A stretch of 64,000 nucleotides of DNA from Candidatus Kaiserbacteria bacterium (GTDB lineage: Bacteria; Patescibacteriota; Minisyncoccia; Phycocordibacterales; UBA918), in the NCBI GenBank assembly GCA_016204695.1, contig JACQKD010000014.1, positions 88,170 through 152,169 on the forward strand. The letters run 5' to 3'. Positions within the stretch are counted from its first letter, which is position 1. Each line of letters opens with the position of its first letter. The notes below the pieces were generated by a model, which was not told where the DNA came from, ran no database searches, and saw nothing but the letters and a program-made list of their open reading frames with translations. Shown one piece after another: positions 44,454 through 53,804 of this stretch. The position numbers and the translations under genes were made by a program.

Positions 44454-45029
44454 ATGAAAAAAATACTTGTTCTTTTAGGGAATCCCGATACGGAATCTTT
44501 CTCGGGCGAGCTCGCAACGGCATATGAAGAAGCCGCGCGCACTGCCGGACATGAAGTGCAACGCGTCAATATCGCCGACATGAAATTCGACCCCATCCTG
44601 CACAAGGGGTATAAGGTCATCCAACCCCTTGAGCCCGATCTCATCGCCATGCAGGAAAAGTGGAAGTGGGCCGATCATGTCGTCATCGTGTATCCGAACT
44701 GGTGGTGCACCATGCCTGCGCTGTTGAAAGGCATGTTTGACCGCATGTATCTGCCCGGATTTGCCTTCAACTTCGAAAAGCCGTCGCACCGACTCATCCA
44801 ACGGCTCAAAGGTAAAACCGCACGGGTAATCGTAGTCGCAGGAACGCACAGCCCCTTTATGACATGGTTGAAATTCGGCGACTATACCAATGAAATCGTG
44901 CACGGCATCTTGGGATTTGCGGGCATCAAGGCCTGCGCCACGACGTTCGGTCCCGGCGATCACGTCACCGATGCGCACCGTGCCAAATGGAAGGCAAAAG
45001 TCGCAGAGCTCGGCAAAGCCGGAAAATGA
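44454..45029 (+). CDS. Flavodoxin-like fold NAD(P)H-dependent oxidoreductase
   Basis: MKKILVLLGNPDTESFSGELATAY..., VIVYPNWWCTMPALLKGMFDRM. Confidence 0.75.
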   Translation: MKKILVLLGNPDTESFSGELATAYEEAARTAGHEVQRVNIADMKFDPILHKGYKVIQPLEPDLIAMQEKWKWADHVVIVYPNWWCTMPALLKGMFDRMYLPGFAFNFEKPSHRLIQRLKGKTARVIVVAGTHSPFMTWLKFGDYTNEIVHGILGFAGIKACATTFGPGDHVTDAHRAKWKAKVAELGKAGK

Positions 45030-45080
45030 CGACCTGCGACCGGTACCGGTCGGCCCCGCGGGACAGACTCCGGATCGCGG

Positions 45081-46022
45081 CTACATCTTCGTCAGAAATT
45101 CGTTGACATTCGCCTCCGTCTTCAACGGAATAGCTATCAAGAAAGTCGTGCCTTTATTCTCGATCGATTCGAAACGGATAGTGCCGCGGTGTGCTTTGAC
45201 ATATTGGTCGGACATATACAGCCCGATGCCGCTTCCCGTACTAAGTCGCTTTCTCGCATTGCTTGCTCGGAAAAACTCCGAGAAAATTTTACCCTGTTCT
45301 CCTTTCGGAATCCCGATACCGGTGTCTTGAACACGCACATGCAGGTGCGTGTCGTCGTTGGTAACGGACAATGTTATCTCATTTTTGCCCTCGCTCGTAT
45401 ACTGGAGTGCGTTTTCAAGAAGATTTTCCAAAATGATCCGCAGACGCAACATGTCGACTTCGACCTGCCGTTTTTGATCCAGCCGCACTTCCGTCCGAAA
45501 CTCTATACCCCGTTGGCGCGTTCCCACCGAATAGCGCTCAATCGTTTCGTTGATCATTTCTTCGACTTCCGCGAGCGTGACCCACGCGAGAGAAATCGAC
45601 AGCTTTCCGATATCAAGAATACTGACATCGAGAAGATTTACCGCATGCACGACCGTCGTGCGGATCGACGCGATGGCGTCCTGCAACATTTTCCTGTCGC
45701 TCTCCTTGAGAACGCCCGTATAGTTGTCGAGAATAAATTGAATCGTCCATCCGGTCGACGTGAGGCCGGTTCGCATCTCATGTGTAATCAGCGACACGAT
45801 CTCGTTGCGCACCTTGCCGTTCTTCTTTGCAATCCGCTCTTGCCGATATGCGACAATCGCCACCGACACGAGAATGCCGAGGATACTCATGATAATAAGC
45901 ATGGCCGTCGATTCATCCCGTGTTACCGGCGATATCTGAAAGGTCAGGAGGATAGTGCCCGCAACGGCGCCGCCCGCTCCGCCGACCGCGTACAACGTGA
46001 TTTTTTCGATTATCTCTTGCAT
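45081..46022 (-). CDS. Sensor histidine kinase
   Basis: H-box LITHEMRTGLT, N-box, G-box GTGIGL; N-terminal TM segments. Confidence 0.8.
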   Translation of the reverse strand: MQEIIEKITLYAVGGAGGAVAGTILLTFQISPVTRDESTAMLIIMSILGILVSVAIVAYRQERIAKKNGKVRNEIVSLITHEMRTGLTSTGWTIQFILDNYTGVLKESDRKMLQDAIASIRTTVVHAVNLLDVSILDIGKLSISLAWVTLAEVEEMINETIERYSVGTRQRGIEFRTEVRLDQKRQVEVDMLRLRIILENLLENALQYTSEGKNEITLSVTNDDTHLHVRVQDTGIGIPKGEQGKIFSEFFRASNARKRLSTGSGIGLYMSDQYVKAHRGTIRFESIENKGTTFLIAIPLKTEANVNEFLTKM

Positions 46023-46124
46023 ATATGGACGGAAAACAAGCGTGCTATTGGAAGACAGTCGGGCCCCCTGACAACCCGAAGCTCAATGGCATTAGAGTAT
46101 ATGCAATATCGGACAGGCTTGACG

Positions 46125-46793
46125 TTATACGCGATTCATCGTCGGTTGTTGCCTTCCTCGGGTGAAAAGCAGTGAACCGAGAATGATCACCGGGGCGAAG
46201 AATCCGATCACCGAGCCGGCAAGTATCGCTCCGCCAAGCATTGCTCCGTTGGCGACGACGCAACAACTCACGACTCCGGCACCTCCTCCAAACGCCTTGA
46301 TCCTAAGCAGACGCTCCGTGGTCCTGATGGCGAGCAGGAGCATGAAGCCGCCGACCACCAAGCCGTTGATCACGATGTCATACCAAAGTGTGAATTCCAT
46401 CAATTTCATTTGCCGTTCTTCCGTCTGCATAAACCAGACAAAGAGACCTAGCACGGCCGCAAGTATAAGGAGAAACAAGACCCGTCTCTTCCCTTGAGAG
46501 AGGGAGCTGAACGGGAATTTGAGCATATAGGCGGAACCGACGAATACCGCCAGACTTGCGACATTACCATAAAAGATGTTCATGGTTTGTACTTCCAATC
46601 CCATGAAAAACATGTTCACCGCCTGATACAGAAGAAAGGCGAGCAACGCGCCGATCAGTTCATTTTTCTCCCTCCGGTACGATCTCCAAAGAGATGCCGC
46701 GCACAGTATGTAAAAAATACCGGACACGATCATCAAGAAAGCCTCCATATGCAGACCGAGAATGATTGTACCCCCCATTGGTTCCATTTCCAT
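46125..46793 (-). CDS. Hypothetical membrane protein upstream of the histidine kinase
   Basis: Six TM helices; co-oriented with the kinase gene. Confidence 0.4.
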   Translation of the reverse strand: MEMEPMGGTIILGLHMEAFLMIVSGIFYILCAASLWRSYRREKNELIGALLAFLLYQAVNMFFMGLEVQTMNIFYGNVASLAVFVGSAYMLKFPFSSLSQGKRRVLFLLILAAVLGLFVWFMQTEERQMKLMEFTLWYDIVINGLVVGGFMLLLAIRTTERLLRIKAFGGGAGVVSCCVVANGAMLGGAILAGSVIGFFAPVIILGSLLFTRGRQQPTMNRV

Positions 46794-46899
46794 GCTGTTG
46801 TGTGTTTAAGGCATCCGTGCTTTTTTTAATATCTCCTTATGATAGAGTATACATAACCTCCCCGTAAAAAAAGTTATCAACTGTGTACTATACTCCCAT

Positions 46900-47280
46900 A
46901 TGACCACGGCATCGGCAAAACGGGTATTTCTCGTCGAAGACGACGAGTTTTTGAGTTCGATGCTCATGAATCAATTGGCGGCTCATAATATTTCCGCGGA
47001 ACGCTTCGGAGACGGCCGCACCGCCAGCGAAGCGTTGAAAAAAGATCCGCCGCATCTCTTGATACTGGACCTTTTTCTTCCCGACATCAGCGGTTTTGAG
47101 ATTCTTGAAATGATACGGAAAGATGAACATCTAAAAGACCTGCCCGTGTTGGTGGTCTCGAACACCAGCCAGGTGGACGACAAGGAGCGGGTCCACAGAC
47201 TCGGCGCCACATTCTTACTCAAAGTGCTTGTCACTCCCCAACAGATCGCGGAACATGCGCAGAAGATGCTCGCCGCATAG
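46900..47280 (+). CDS. Response regulator, receiver domain only (CheY-like)
   Basis: VFLVEDDEF...LLILDLFLPDISGFEIL...VLVVSN with the phospho-accepting Asp. Confidence 0.8.
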   Translation: MTTASAKRVFLVEDDEFLSSMLMNQLAAHNISAERFGDGRTASEALKKDPPHLLILDLFLPDISGFEILEMIRKDEHLKDLPVLVVSNTSQVDDKERVHRLGATFLLKVLVTPQQIAEHAQKMLAA

Positions 47281-47747
47281 CCGTTCGGTGCGCGACAGGA
47301 TTTGTATCAGCCGTTTTTTCGACCTGTGCACAACTTCCGGGGAAACTCATGGACTTCCGGCGGCATTGGTCGGTATTATAGGGAAGGGTGCCATAATCGC
47401 AGAGCAAAAATGGGCCCGTCGAGTATACGATCGGAAGAAAAAGAAAATTATAAAACCGTAGCAAATTAAGAAACCAAACTATGATGAACGGATATTCGAT
47501 GATGGGCGATGGCGGTATCGGCTGGCTGTTGTATCTCGTCGTGTTTATTGACCTTGTGCTTCTCGGGATATGGCTCTGGAAGCAAATCTCAAAAAAGGGC
47601 AACTGAATTCAGTGGACGGATGACGGTACCGTCATCTGATCTTGCGCACAGGGACAGTCTCGCGTGAAATACGACGCGACCACGGGTTGTGGTCATTGCC
47701 GGCGGGATCCCCGAGCGTCCATGTATGTGGAATCTTGAATAATCACT

Positions 47748-48239
47748 ATGGACCGACACTACGAAGAGAGCACTCTCATTTCCGCTTCTCCAGAGACACT
47801 CTTTGCATATATAGACGATCATACGCGTTTCTCATCGCATATGAACGAATCGTCCTGGATGATGGGCGGCGGCACGATGCACGTTTCGGTTGACGCGGGA
47901 CGCGGACAGGAGGTCGGTTCCCACATTCGTATGACCGGTACGGCGTTTGGCATACGATTATTCCTCGACGAAGTCGTCACGCGCCGCGATCCGCCGTTTG
48001 TAAAAACATGGGAAACAGTCGACATTCCGAAATTGCTGGTTATCGGCTCCTATCGCATGAGCATCGAGATAACACCAAAAGATAGCGGCTCGCTCCTGCG
48101 GGTTCGTATTGATTATGACTTGCCAACAACGAATGTCTGGCTTGGACGGCTGTTCGGCGGCATGTATGCACGGTGGTGCGTACGGCGGATGATCAAAGAC
48201 GCGCGCACGTACTTTGATACTAAGAGCCTACGCGCATGA
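47748..48239 (+). CDS. SRPBCC (START/polyketide-cyclase-like) domain protein
   Basis: Length and beta-rich pattern typical of SRPBCC ligand-binding proteins. Confidence 0.6.
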   Translation: MDRHYEESTLISASPETLFAYIDDHTRFSSHMNESSWMMGGGTMHVSVDAGRGQEVGSHIRMTGTAFGIRLFLDEVVTRRDPPFVKTWETVDIPKLLVIGSYRMSIEITPKDSGSLLRVRIDYDLPTTNVWLGRLFGGMYARWCVRRMIKDARTYFDTKSLRA

Positions 48240-48300
48240 AACACCCTGCGAAAGGGGCATGGCATATATAGACAATATATTTTTCTGCTATCATATGGTT

Positions 48301-48927
48301 ATGAATACAAATACTTTTATGTGGGGACTGGGAGGGATAGTCGTCGGCGTCGTGCTTACGTTGGTATTGACTCCCTTATGGAGCGGTACACCGGGCTATC
48401 GGGATTCCATGATGGGACCCGGTGGCACGATGCAGGGCGGCGGCCGGATGTCGGGAGAAATAGACTCCCACTTTATCGAACAGATGATCCCGCACCACGA
48501 GGATGCCATTACTATGGCGAAGCTTGCCTCAACTCGCGCCGAACATGAGGAAATCAAAACGCTTGCCGCAAACATCATCAAGGCGCAATCGGCTGAAATC
48601 GATATGATGGACCAGTGGTACAAATCATGGTTCGGAAATGACGAAGTGCCGTATGTGCGTTCCTCGATGGGTATTGGCATGATGATGCATGGCGGCATGA
48701 TGGGAAATGACACCGATACCGCAAGACTTGAAAACGCGCAACCGTTCGATAAAGCATTCATCGAGGAAATGATCCCGCACCACCAGATGGCGGTCATGAT
48801 GGCGCAGATGCTCTCGCGTGCCACAGAGCGGCCCGAAATGGAACAACTTGCCGCAGATATCATCAAGGCGCAAACGCAGGAAATAGACGCGATGCGGGAA
48901 TGGTATCGCACATGGTATGCGCAATAA
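48301..48927 (+). CDS. DUF305 domain protein (two tandem copies), membrane anchored
   Basis: Repeated FIEQMIPHHEDAITMAKLA...IIKAQSAEIDMMDQWY and FIEEMIPHHQMAVMMAQ...IIKAQTQEIDAMREWY. Confidence 0.75.
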   Translation: MNTNTFMWGLGGIVVGVVLTLVLTPLWSGTPGYRDSMMGPGGTMQGGGRMSGEIDSHFIEQMIPHHEDAITMAKLASTRAEHEEIKTLAANIIKAQSAEIDMMDQWYKSWFGNDEVPYVRSSMGIGMMMHGGMMGNDTDTARLENAQPFDKAFIEEMIPHHQMAVMMAQMLSRATERPEMEQLAADIIKAQTQEIDAMREWYRTWYAQ

Positions 48928-49050
48928 CTGATGCACATACGGACAAACCGAATCGGGACCGACAAAAAACGAACAATGCCACGCACGATATGAACGATTC
49001 GCCGGTAGTTGCCGGTACAGGCATGATATATTCGTAGTATTACTTATAAC

Positions 49051-49443
49051 GTGCAACAAATTATGAACACCAAAACAGCGGAGTGGGCGCTTCGGATCGC
49101 GGTGGCCGGAGAATTTCTCGGCCACGGGGTCTTTGCCCTGCAAGGAAAGAAAGACTGGGTCGGCTGGTTCGCGCAGTTCGGCGTCTCCGACCCGGGGACG
49201 GCGACGCAATTACTCTTTATATTGGGACTTCTTGACATCGCGCTGGCGATTCTTGTCCTCCTGAAGCCGGTGCGCATCGCACTCCTCTGGATGGTCTTCT
49301 GGGGATTCTGGACGGCGCTTCTGCGGCCGATTGTCGGCATGCCCGTTTGGGACTTCGTCGAGCGATGGGCCAACTGGGGAGCACCGCTCGCACTGCTTTT
49401 ATTGCTCGGCTGGCCGAAAACGTTGAAAGAGTGGTTCAAATAA
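49051..49443 (+). CDS. DoxX-like small membrane protein (hypothetical)
   Basis: Four TM helices in 130 aa. Confidence 0.45.
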   Translation: MQQIMNTKTAEWALRIAVAGEFLGHGVFALQGKKDWVGWFAQFGVSDPGTATQLLFILGLLDIALAILVLLKPVRIALLWMVFWGFWTALLRPIVGMPVWDFVERWANWGAPLALLLLLGWPKTLKEWFK

Positions 49444-49444
49444 G

Positions 49445-50092
49445 ATGGGGACTGACGCTCTCGCGAAAATCATTTGGGATTACATGCTTATGCATCACTC
49501 GCTCGAAAAAGCGGACGCTATTTTCGTGTTGGGAAGCAGTGATATTCGCGTGGCTGGGTACGCGGCAATGTTGTATCTCGACGGATGGGCGCCGCTCATT
49601 ATTTTTTCCGGCAACACCGGCACGCGAGGGAAAGCTCGCGAGCTCTGGGGAATGAGCGAGGCGGAAAAGTTTGCTTCGACTGCACGAGACATGGGAGTAC
49701 CCGAGACCGCCATGCTCCTTGAGAAAGAGTCGACCAACACCGAACAAAACATTACATTCACCAAAAAGCTTTTGGAAGAAAAGAGCCTGCATCCGAAGAA
49801 GCTGATCCTCGTCCAAAAGCCATACATGGAACGAAGAACATACGCGACCTTCATCCAGCAATGGCCGGAAATGGATTTTATCGTGACGTCTCCGCCGATT
49901 TCGTTTGAAGACTATCCCACTGCAGACCGCACAAAAGAATATGTGATCAATATGATAGTCGGAGATATGCAGAGAATCCGAGAGTACCCCGCGAAGGGCT
50001 TTCAAATAGAGCAGGAGATACCCGCGGAAGCATGGGAAGCGTATGAAGAGCTGGTGCGGCGGGGCTACACGGAGGATTTGATTAAAGAATAA
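49445..50092 (+). CDS. YdcF/DUF218 family protein
   Basis: ADAIFVLGSSDIRVAGYAAMLYLDGWAPLIIFSGNTGTRG...STNTEQN. Confidence 0.75.
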   Translation: MGTDALAKIIWDYMLMHHSLEKADAIFVLGSSDIRVAGYAAMLYLDGWAPLIIFSGNTGTRGKARELWGMSEAEKFASTARDMGVPETAMLLEKESTNTEQNITFTKKLLEEKSLHPKKLILVQKPYMERRTYATFIQQWPEMDFIVTSPPISFEDYPTADRTKEYVINMIVGDMQRIREYPAKGFQIEQEIPAEAWEAYEELVRRGYTEDLIKE

Positions 50093-50147
50093 AAAGACGA
50101 CAATCTTCGAAAGGGCGCCGGCGATTTTGTTTGGTATACTGTGGCAT

Positions 50148-50381
50148 ATGGAACCGAAACGATTGTATCGGAGCAAAGAGAACAAGATATTTGCCGGCAT
50201 CTGCGGCGGACTGGGAGACTATTTCAGCATCGACCCGACTCTGTTGCGTCTCGCATGGCTCCTCGTCGTCATTTTCACCGGCATCTTCCCCGGCGTCGTG
50301 GTCTACATTCTCGCGATTTTCGTCATACCCGAAAAGCGTGAGCAAGATACAAAGGAACACCCACATGCGACTTCTCTATGA
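50148..50381 (+). CDS. PspC-domain protein
   Basis: RLYRSKENKIFAGICGGLGDYFSIDPTLLRLAWLLVVIFTG. Confidence 0.7.
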   Translation: MEPKRLYRSKENKIFAGICGGLGDYFSIDPTLLRLAWLLVVIFTGIFPGVVVYILAIFVIPEKREQDTKEHPHATSL

Positions 50382-50965
50382 CGAACGTCATGCATGGCAC
50401 CGACATAACACAAATAGGAAACAAGCTCATTCGGGCAAAGGCGAAGAAGGTATCCAACCCGACATCGAAAGTCATTCAAACAATCATTAAAGATCTCGTT
50501 GCGTCCATGCATACGCATGAACTTGTGGGCATTGCCGCCCCTCAAATAGCAAAGAGTGTGAGGGTATTCATCACGGAAATCAGGAAGACGCAACTCAGGA
50601 AGGGTCAGAGCATTAAGAATGTCGATCCGTTGAGAATTTTCATAAATCCGAAGGTACTTTCAGTCTCTAAAGAAAAGACGAGCGGCTGGGAAGGTTGCGG
50701 GAGCATAGCCTTCGCTCACTTATTTGGCGTTACCAGACGTCCCGCATCGGTAACGATTGAGGCACTGGATGAGAAGGGAAAGAAATTCCGGCTGAAAGCT
50801 GGCGGTTTGCTTGCCCGAGTGATCCAGCATGAAATAGATCATCTTGATGGCGTTGTATTTACCGACAAGGCGGACGCAAGCACCTATATGAGCAGAGACG
50901 AATATCTTAAATTGCGAGCGAAGAAAAAACGTAAAGAACCCTGTGCCAAGAGCACAGGACGTTAG
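50378..50965 (+). CDS. def: Peptide deformylase
   Basis: GIAAPQI (motif 1), EGCGSI (motif 2, variant of EGCLS), QHEIDHLDG (motif 3). Confidence 0.8.
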   Translation: MTNVMHGTDITQIGNKLIRAKAKKVSNPTSKVIQTIIKDLVASMHTHELVGIAAPQIAKSVRVFITEIRKTQLRKGQSIKNVDPLRIFINPKVLSVSKEKTSGWEGCGSIAFAHLFGVTRRPASVTIEALDEKGKKFRLKAGGLLARVIQHEIDHLDGVVFTDKADASTYMSRDEYLKLRAKKKRKEPCAKSTGR

Positions 50966-50985
50966 GAGTGTGCTCTTGGCACAGG
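50940..50985 (+). terminator. 17-bp perfect stem hairpin overlapping the def stop
   Basis: CCTGTGCCAAGAGCACA / GGACGTTAGGAG / TGTGCTCTTGGCACAGG. Confidence 0.55.
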
Positions 50986-51193
50986 AACAGGGGTTCTTTG
51001 CTAGTAGCAGAGCGGGCTCCGCCCGTGCTTCTCGTATATGCCGATTCATCCCTGCGGCAGAGACCGCAGGGCGTTCTCGGCAAGACTAGTAAAAACGGCC
51101 GGCCGCCAATCTCCACTTCAATCGGACGGGGGTATTCTCGACAGGCCGGCAAAGAATTTTTCCCGTATATAGGTTATATGCTACTATCACACG

Positions 51194-52294
51194 GTGAAAT
51201 TATCCGTCGGAATCGTGGGTCTGCCGAACGTGGGGAAGTCCACGCTTTTTAATGCGTTGACCAAAAACAGCGTGCCTGCGGAAAATTATCCGTTTTGCAC
51301 GATAGACCCGTCGGTCGGCATCGTCGCGGTGCCAGACAATCGGCTCGACACGCTGACAAAAATCTCAAAATCGCAGAAGACCATCCCCGCGGCAATCGAG
51401 TTTGTCGATATCGCGGGACTGGTCAAGGGCGCGGCCGACGGGGAAGGGCTCGGCAATCAATTCCTTTCGCACATCCGCGAGACCGATATGATCGCCGAGG
51501 TCGTGCGCATCTTCGATGACGAAGACACGATCCACATCGCGGGAGTCGTGAACCCGCTCGCGGATATCGAGGTCATCAATCTTGAACTCGTACTGACTGA
51601 CCTACAGACAGTGGCCAAACGCCTTACCGCCGCCCAAAACGATCTCAAGCGCGGCGACAAGACCGCGACGAAAGCCGCGCCGGTGCTCGCCCGACTGCGC
51701 GAACACCTCAAAGCCGGACAGCTTGCGCGCACGCTCCCCGTCGCTGATGCGGAAGAAACGGCACCCATCCGCGAACTTCAGCTTCTGACGACGAAACCGA
51801 TACTGTATGTACTCAACAAAAAAGCCGGCGCCTTCAATATCGACGAGCAAAACGACCCGCGTTGGACCGCACTTACGCAATTTATGGAAGAGACCGGCTC
51901 GGAGTATGTGCTCGTGGATGCCGGCGTCGAGCATGAATTGAAAGACCTTGCCGAAGACGAGAAGCAGGAATTTCGACGCGAGTACGGGACGCAGGACTCC
52001 GGCATTGCCGACCTCATCCGCGCCTGCTATCGGCTTCTCGGTCTCATTTCGTATTTCACGACCGGGCAAGACGAGACGCGCGCGTGGACTATTCCCAACG
52101 GCTCGACCGCACCGGAAGCAGGTACCGCCATCCACACCGACTTCCGCGACAAATTCATCCGCGCGAGCGTCGTCGCATATGAAGACCTCGTGAACGCAGG
52201 GTCAATCGCCGCCGCCCGCGAGCGCGGCACGCTCCGCACCGAAGGAAAAGAATACGTCGTCAAAGACGGCGACGTCATTGAGTTTCGAATTTAA
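51194..52294 (+). CDS. ychF: Redox-regulated ATPase YchF (Obg-family GTPase)
   Basis: G1 [16 protein letters not shown]-terminal domain. Confidence 0.9.
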   Translation: MKLSVGIVGLPNVGKSTLFNALTKNSVPAENYPFCTIDPSVGIVAVPDNRLDTLTKISKSQKTIPAAIEFVDIAGLVKGAADGEGLGNQFLSHIRETDMIAEVVRIFDDEDTIHIAGVVNPLADIEVINLELVLTDLQTVAKRLTAAQNDLKRGDKTATKAAPVLARLREHLKAGQLARTLPVADAEETAPIRELQLLTTKPILYVLNKKAGAFNIDEQNDPRWTALTQFMEETGSEYVLVDAGVEHELKDLAEDEKQEFRREYGTQDSGIADLIRACYRLLGLISYFTTGQDETRAWTIPNGSTAPEAGTAIHTDFRDKFIRASVVAYEDLVNAGSIAAARERGTLRTEGKEYVVKDGDVIEFRI

Positions 52295-52587
52295 TGTATA
52301 ATGCTTCCACTATGGACATCACCAAAGCGCCGAAACAATTTTTGGATAATGTGACCGGGGGATTCAGCGAAGAGTTTTTCGTGCTCGCGATGGTCTCGGG
52401 AGAACACGCGACCGCATACGCGCTCACGCCCCAGCACGCCAAGCGGCTCTCGCAGTGGCTCGCGTATCAAATCGAAGATTACGAGAAAAAGCACAAAAAA
52501 ATAGAAGCGCATTGGATCCCCGGAATGAAAAGCCCGATCCAATCGACCGACTTATCCGTGGGCGAAAAGAAGGACGACCGAAAATGA
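52294..52587 (+). CDS. Small hypothetical protein
   Basis: 97-aa ORF whose start overlaps the ychF stop. Confidence 0.4.
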   Translation: MYNASTMDITKAPKQFLDNVTGGFSEEFFVLAMVSGEHATAYALTPQHAKRLSQWLAYQIEDYEKKHKKIEAHWIPGMKSPIQSTDLSVGEKKDDRK

Positions 52588-52803
52588 GTACGAGTGCGTG
52601 TTGCGCACTCGTAGACTTTACCGGGTTACCACACTATGAATCGCCAAAGCAATGGCGACAACCGCCATCGCCACGACACTGACCCAAAGAAAAATATCTT
52701 TCACACGCCCTCCTTCCAAAAAGGTCTGCCCCGAGAATGCAACGCTATAGACTTTTTGTCAAAATTCCGTTGCGCTTTGCGGAAACCGCATTTTAGCGAC
52801 ATA

Positions 52804-53784
52804 ATGGGGTCATTATTCGGTTTGTCTAAACCTATGAAAAACACACCGCGAGACTTTTTTCTCCATTTCGGAGCATTTGCGGCGCTCTATGCGGCGGCGA
52901 CCGCACTCGGCACGCTTCTTTTTCTCATTATCGGCTATGCGTTCCCCGACCCGCTCTATAGCAACTACTACTCCTACGGCGGCTACGACCCGTATTCAGC
53001 TCCGATGCGTTTTGCGATTGCATCCCTGATTATTCTCGTGCCGCTCTTCCTCTGGCTCATGCGAGTCATCCAGCGCGAAGCGCGCATCACGCCCGAGCGG
53101 TATACATTTGCGATTCGTAAATGGCTGACATACATCACCCTCTTTGTCGCCGGAGCGACCATCGTCGGGGACCTCATCACCCTCCTTTACTCGTTTCTCG
53201 GCGGAGAGCTGGCGACGCCGTTTGTGCTCAAAGTGCTCGTACTCTTCGCGATCACCGGCGTCATCTTCTGGTACTTCCTCCTCGATATCCGGGGCTATTG
53301 GCAAAACCGCGCAAGTGCATCGAAAATGGTCGGCATCGTGACGGTTGGCGCCGTACTCGTTGCAATCATCGGCAGTTTCTTCATCATGGGCTCGCCGATG
53401 ATTCAGCGCGAGATACGGTTTGACCAGCAGGAGATACAAGACCTCTCCATGATTCAAAATCAGGTGGTGAATTACTGGCAACAGAACGGAACGCTACCGG
53501 CAACACTCTCAGAGCTTGAAAGCGATATCACCTACTTCCATGTCCCGCAGGCACCGGAAGGCAGAGAACCGTACGAATATCGAAAAACCGGCGATACTTC
53601 CTTCGCGCTCTGTGCGACATTCGCACAGAATTCAGACGGTACCTACGCAGAACCGTACGCTCCATCATATGGTGTCGGCAATAATACCAGCTGGGAACAC
53701 ACGGCAGGCCGCACCTGTTTTGACCGAACTATTGACCCGAGTCTCATCCAACCACTCGACGGTAAACCAGTACCGTTCGACTAA
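52804..53784 (+). CDS. Hypothetical membrane protein (DUF5671-like N-terminal membrane domain)
   Basis: Four TM helices followed by a soluble domain. Track ORF starts at 52636, but Met at 52804 or 52834 is more plausible. Confidence 0.5.
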   Translation: MGSLFGLSKPMKNTPRDFFLHFGAFAALYAAATALGTLLFLIIGYAFPDPLYSNYYSYGGYDPYSAPMRFAIASLIILVPLFLWLMRVIQREARITPERYTFAIRKWLTYITLFVAGATIVGDLITLLYSFLGGELATPFVLKVLVLFAITGVIFWYFLLDIRGYWQNRASASKMVGIVTVGAVLVAIIGSFFIMGSPMIQREIRFDQQEIQDLSMIQNQVVNYWQQNGTLPATLSELESDITYFHVPQAPEGREPYEYRKTGDTSFALCATFAQNSDGTYAEPYAPSYGVGNNTSWEHTAGRTCFDRTIDPSLIQPLDGKPVPFD

Positions 53785-53804
53785 AAATTACGGACAATGC
53801 TGAC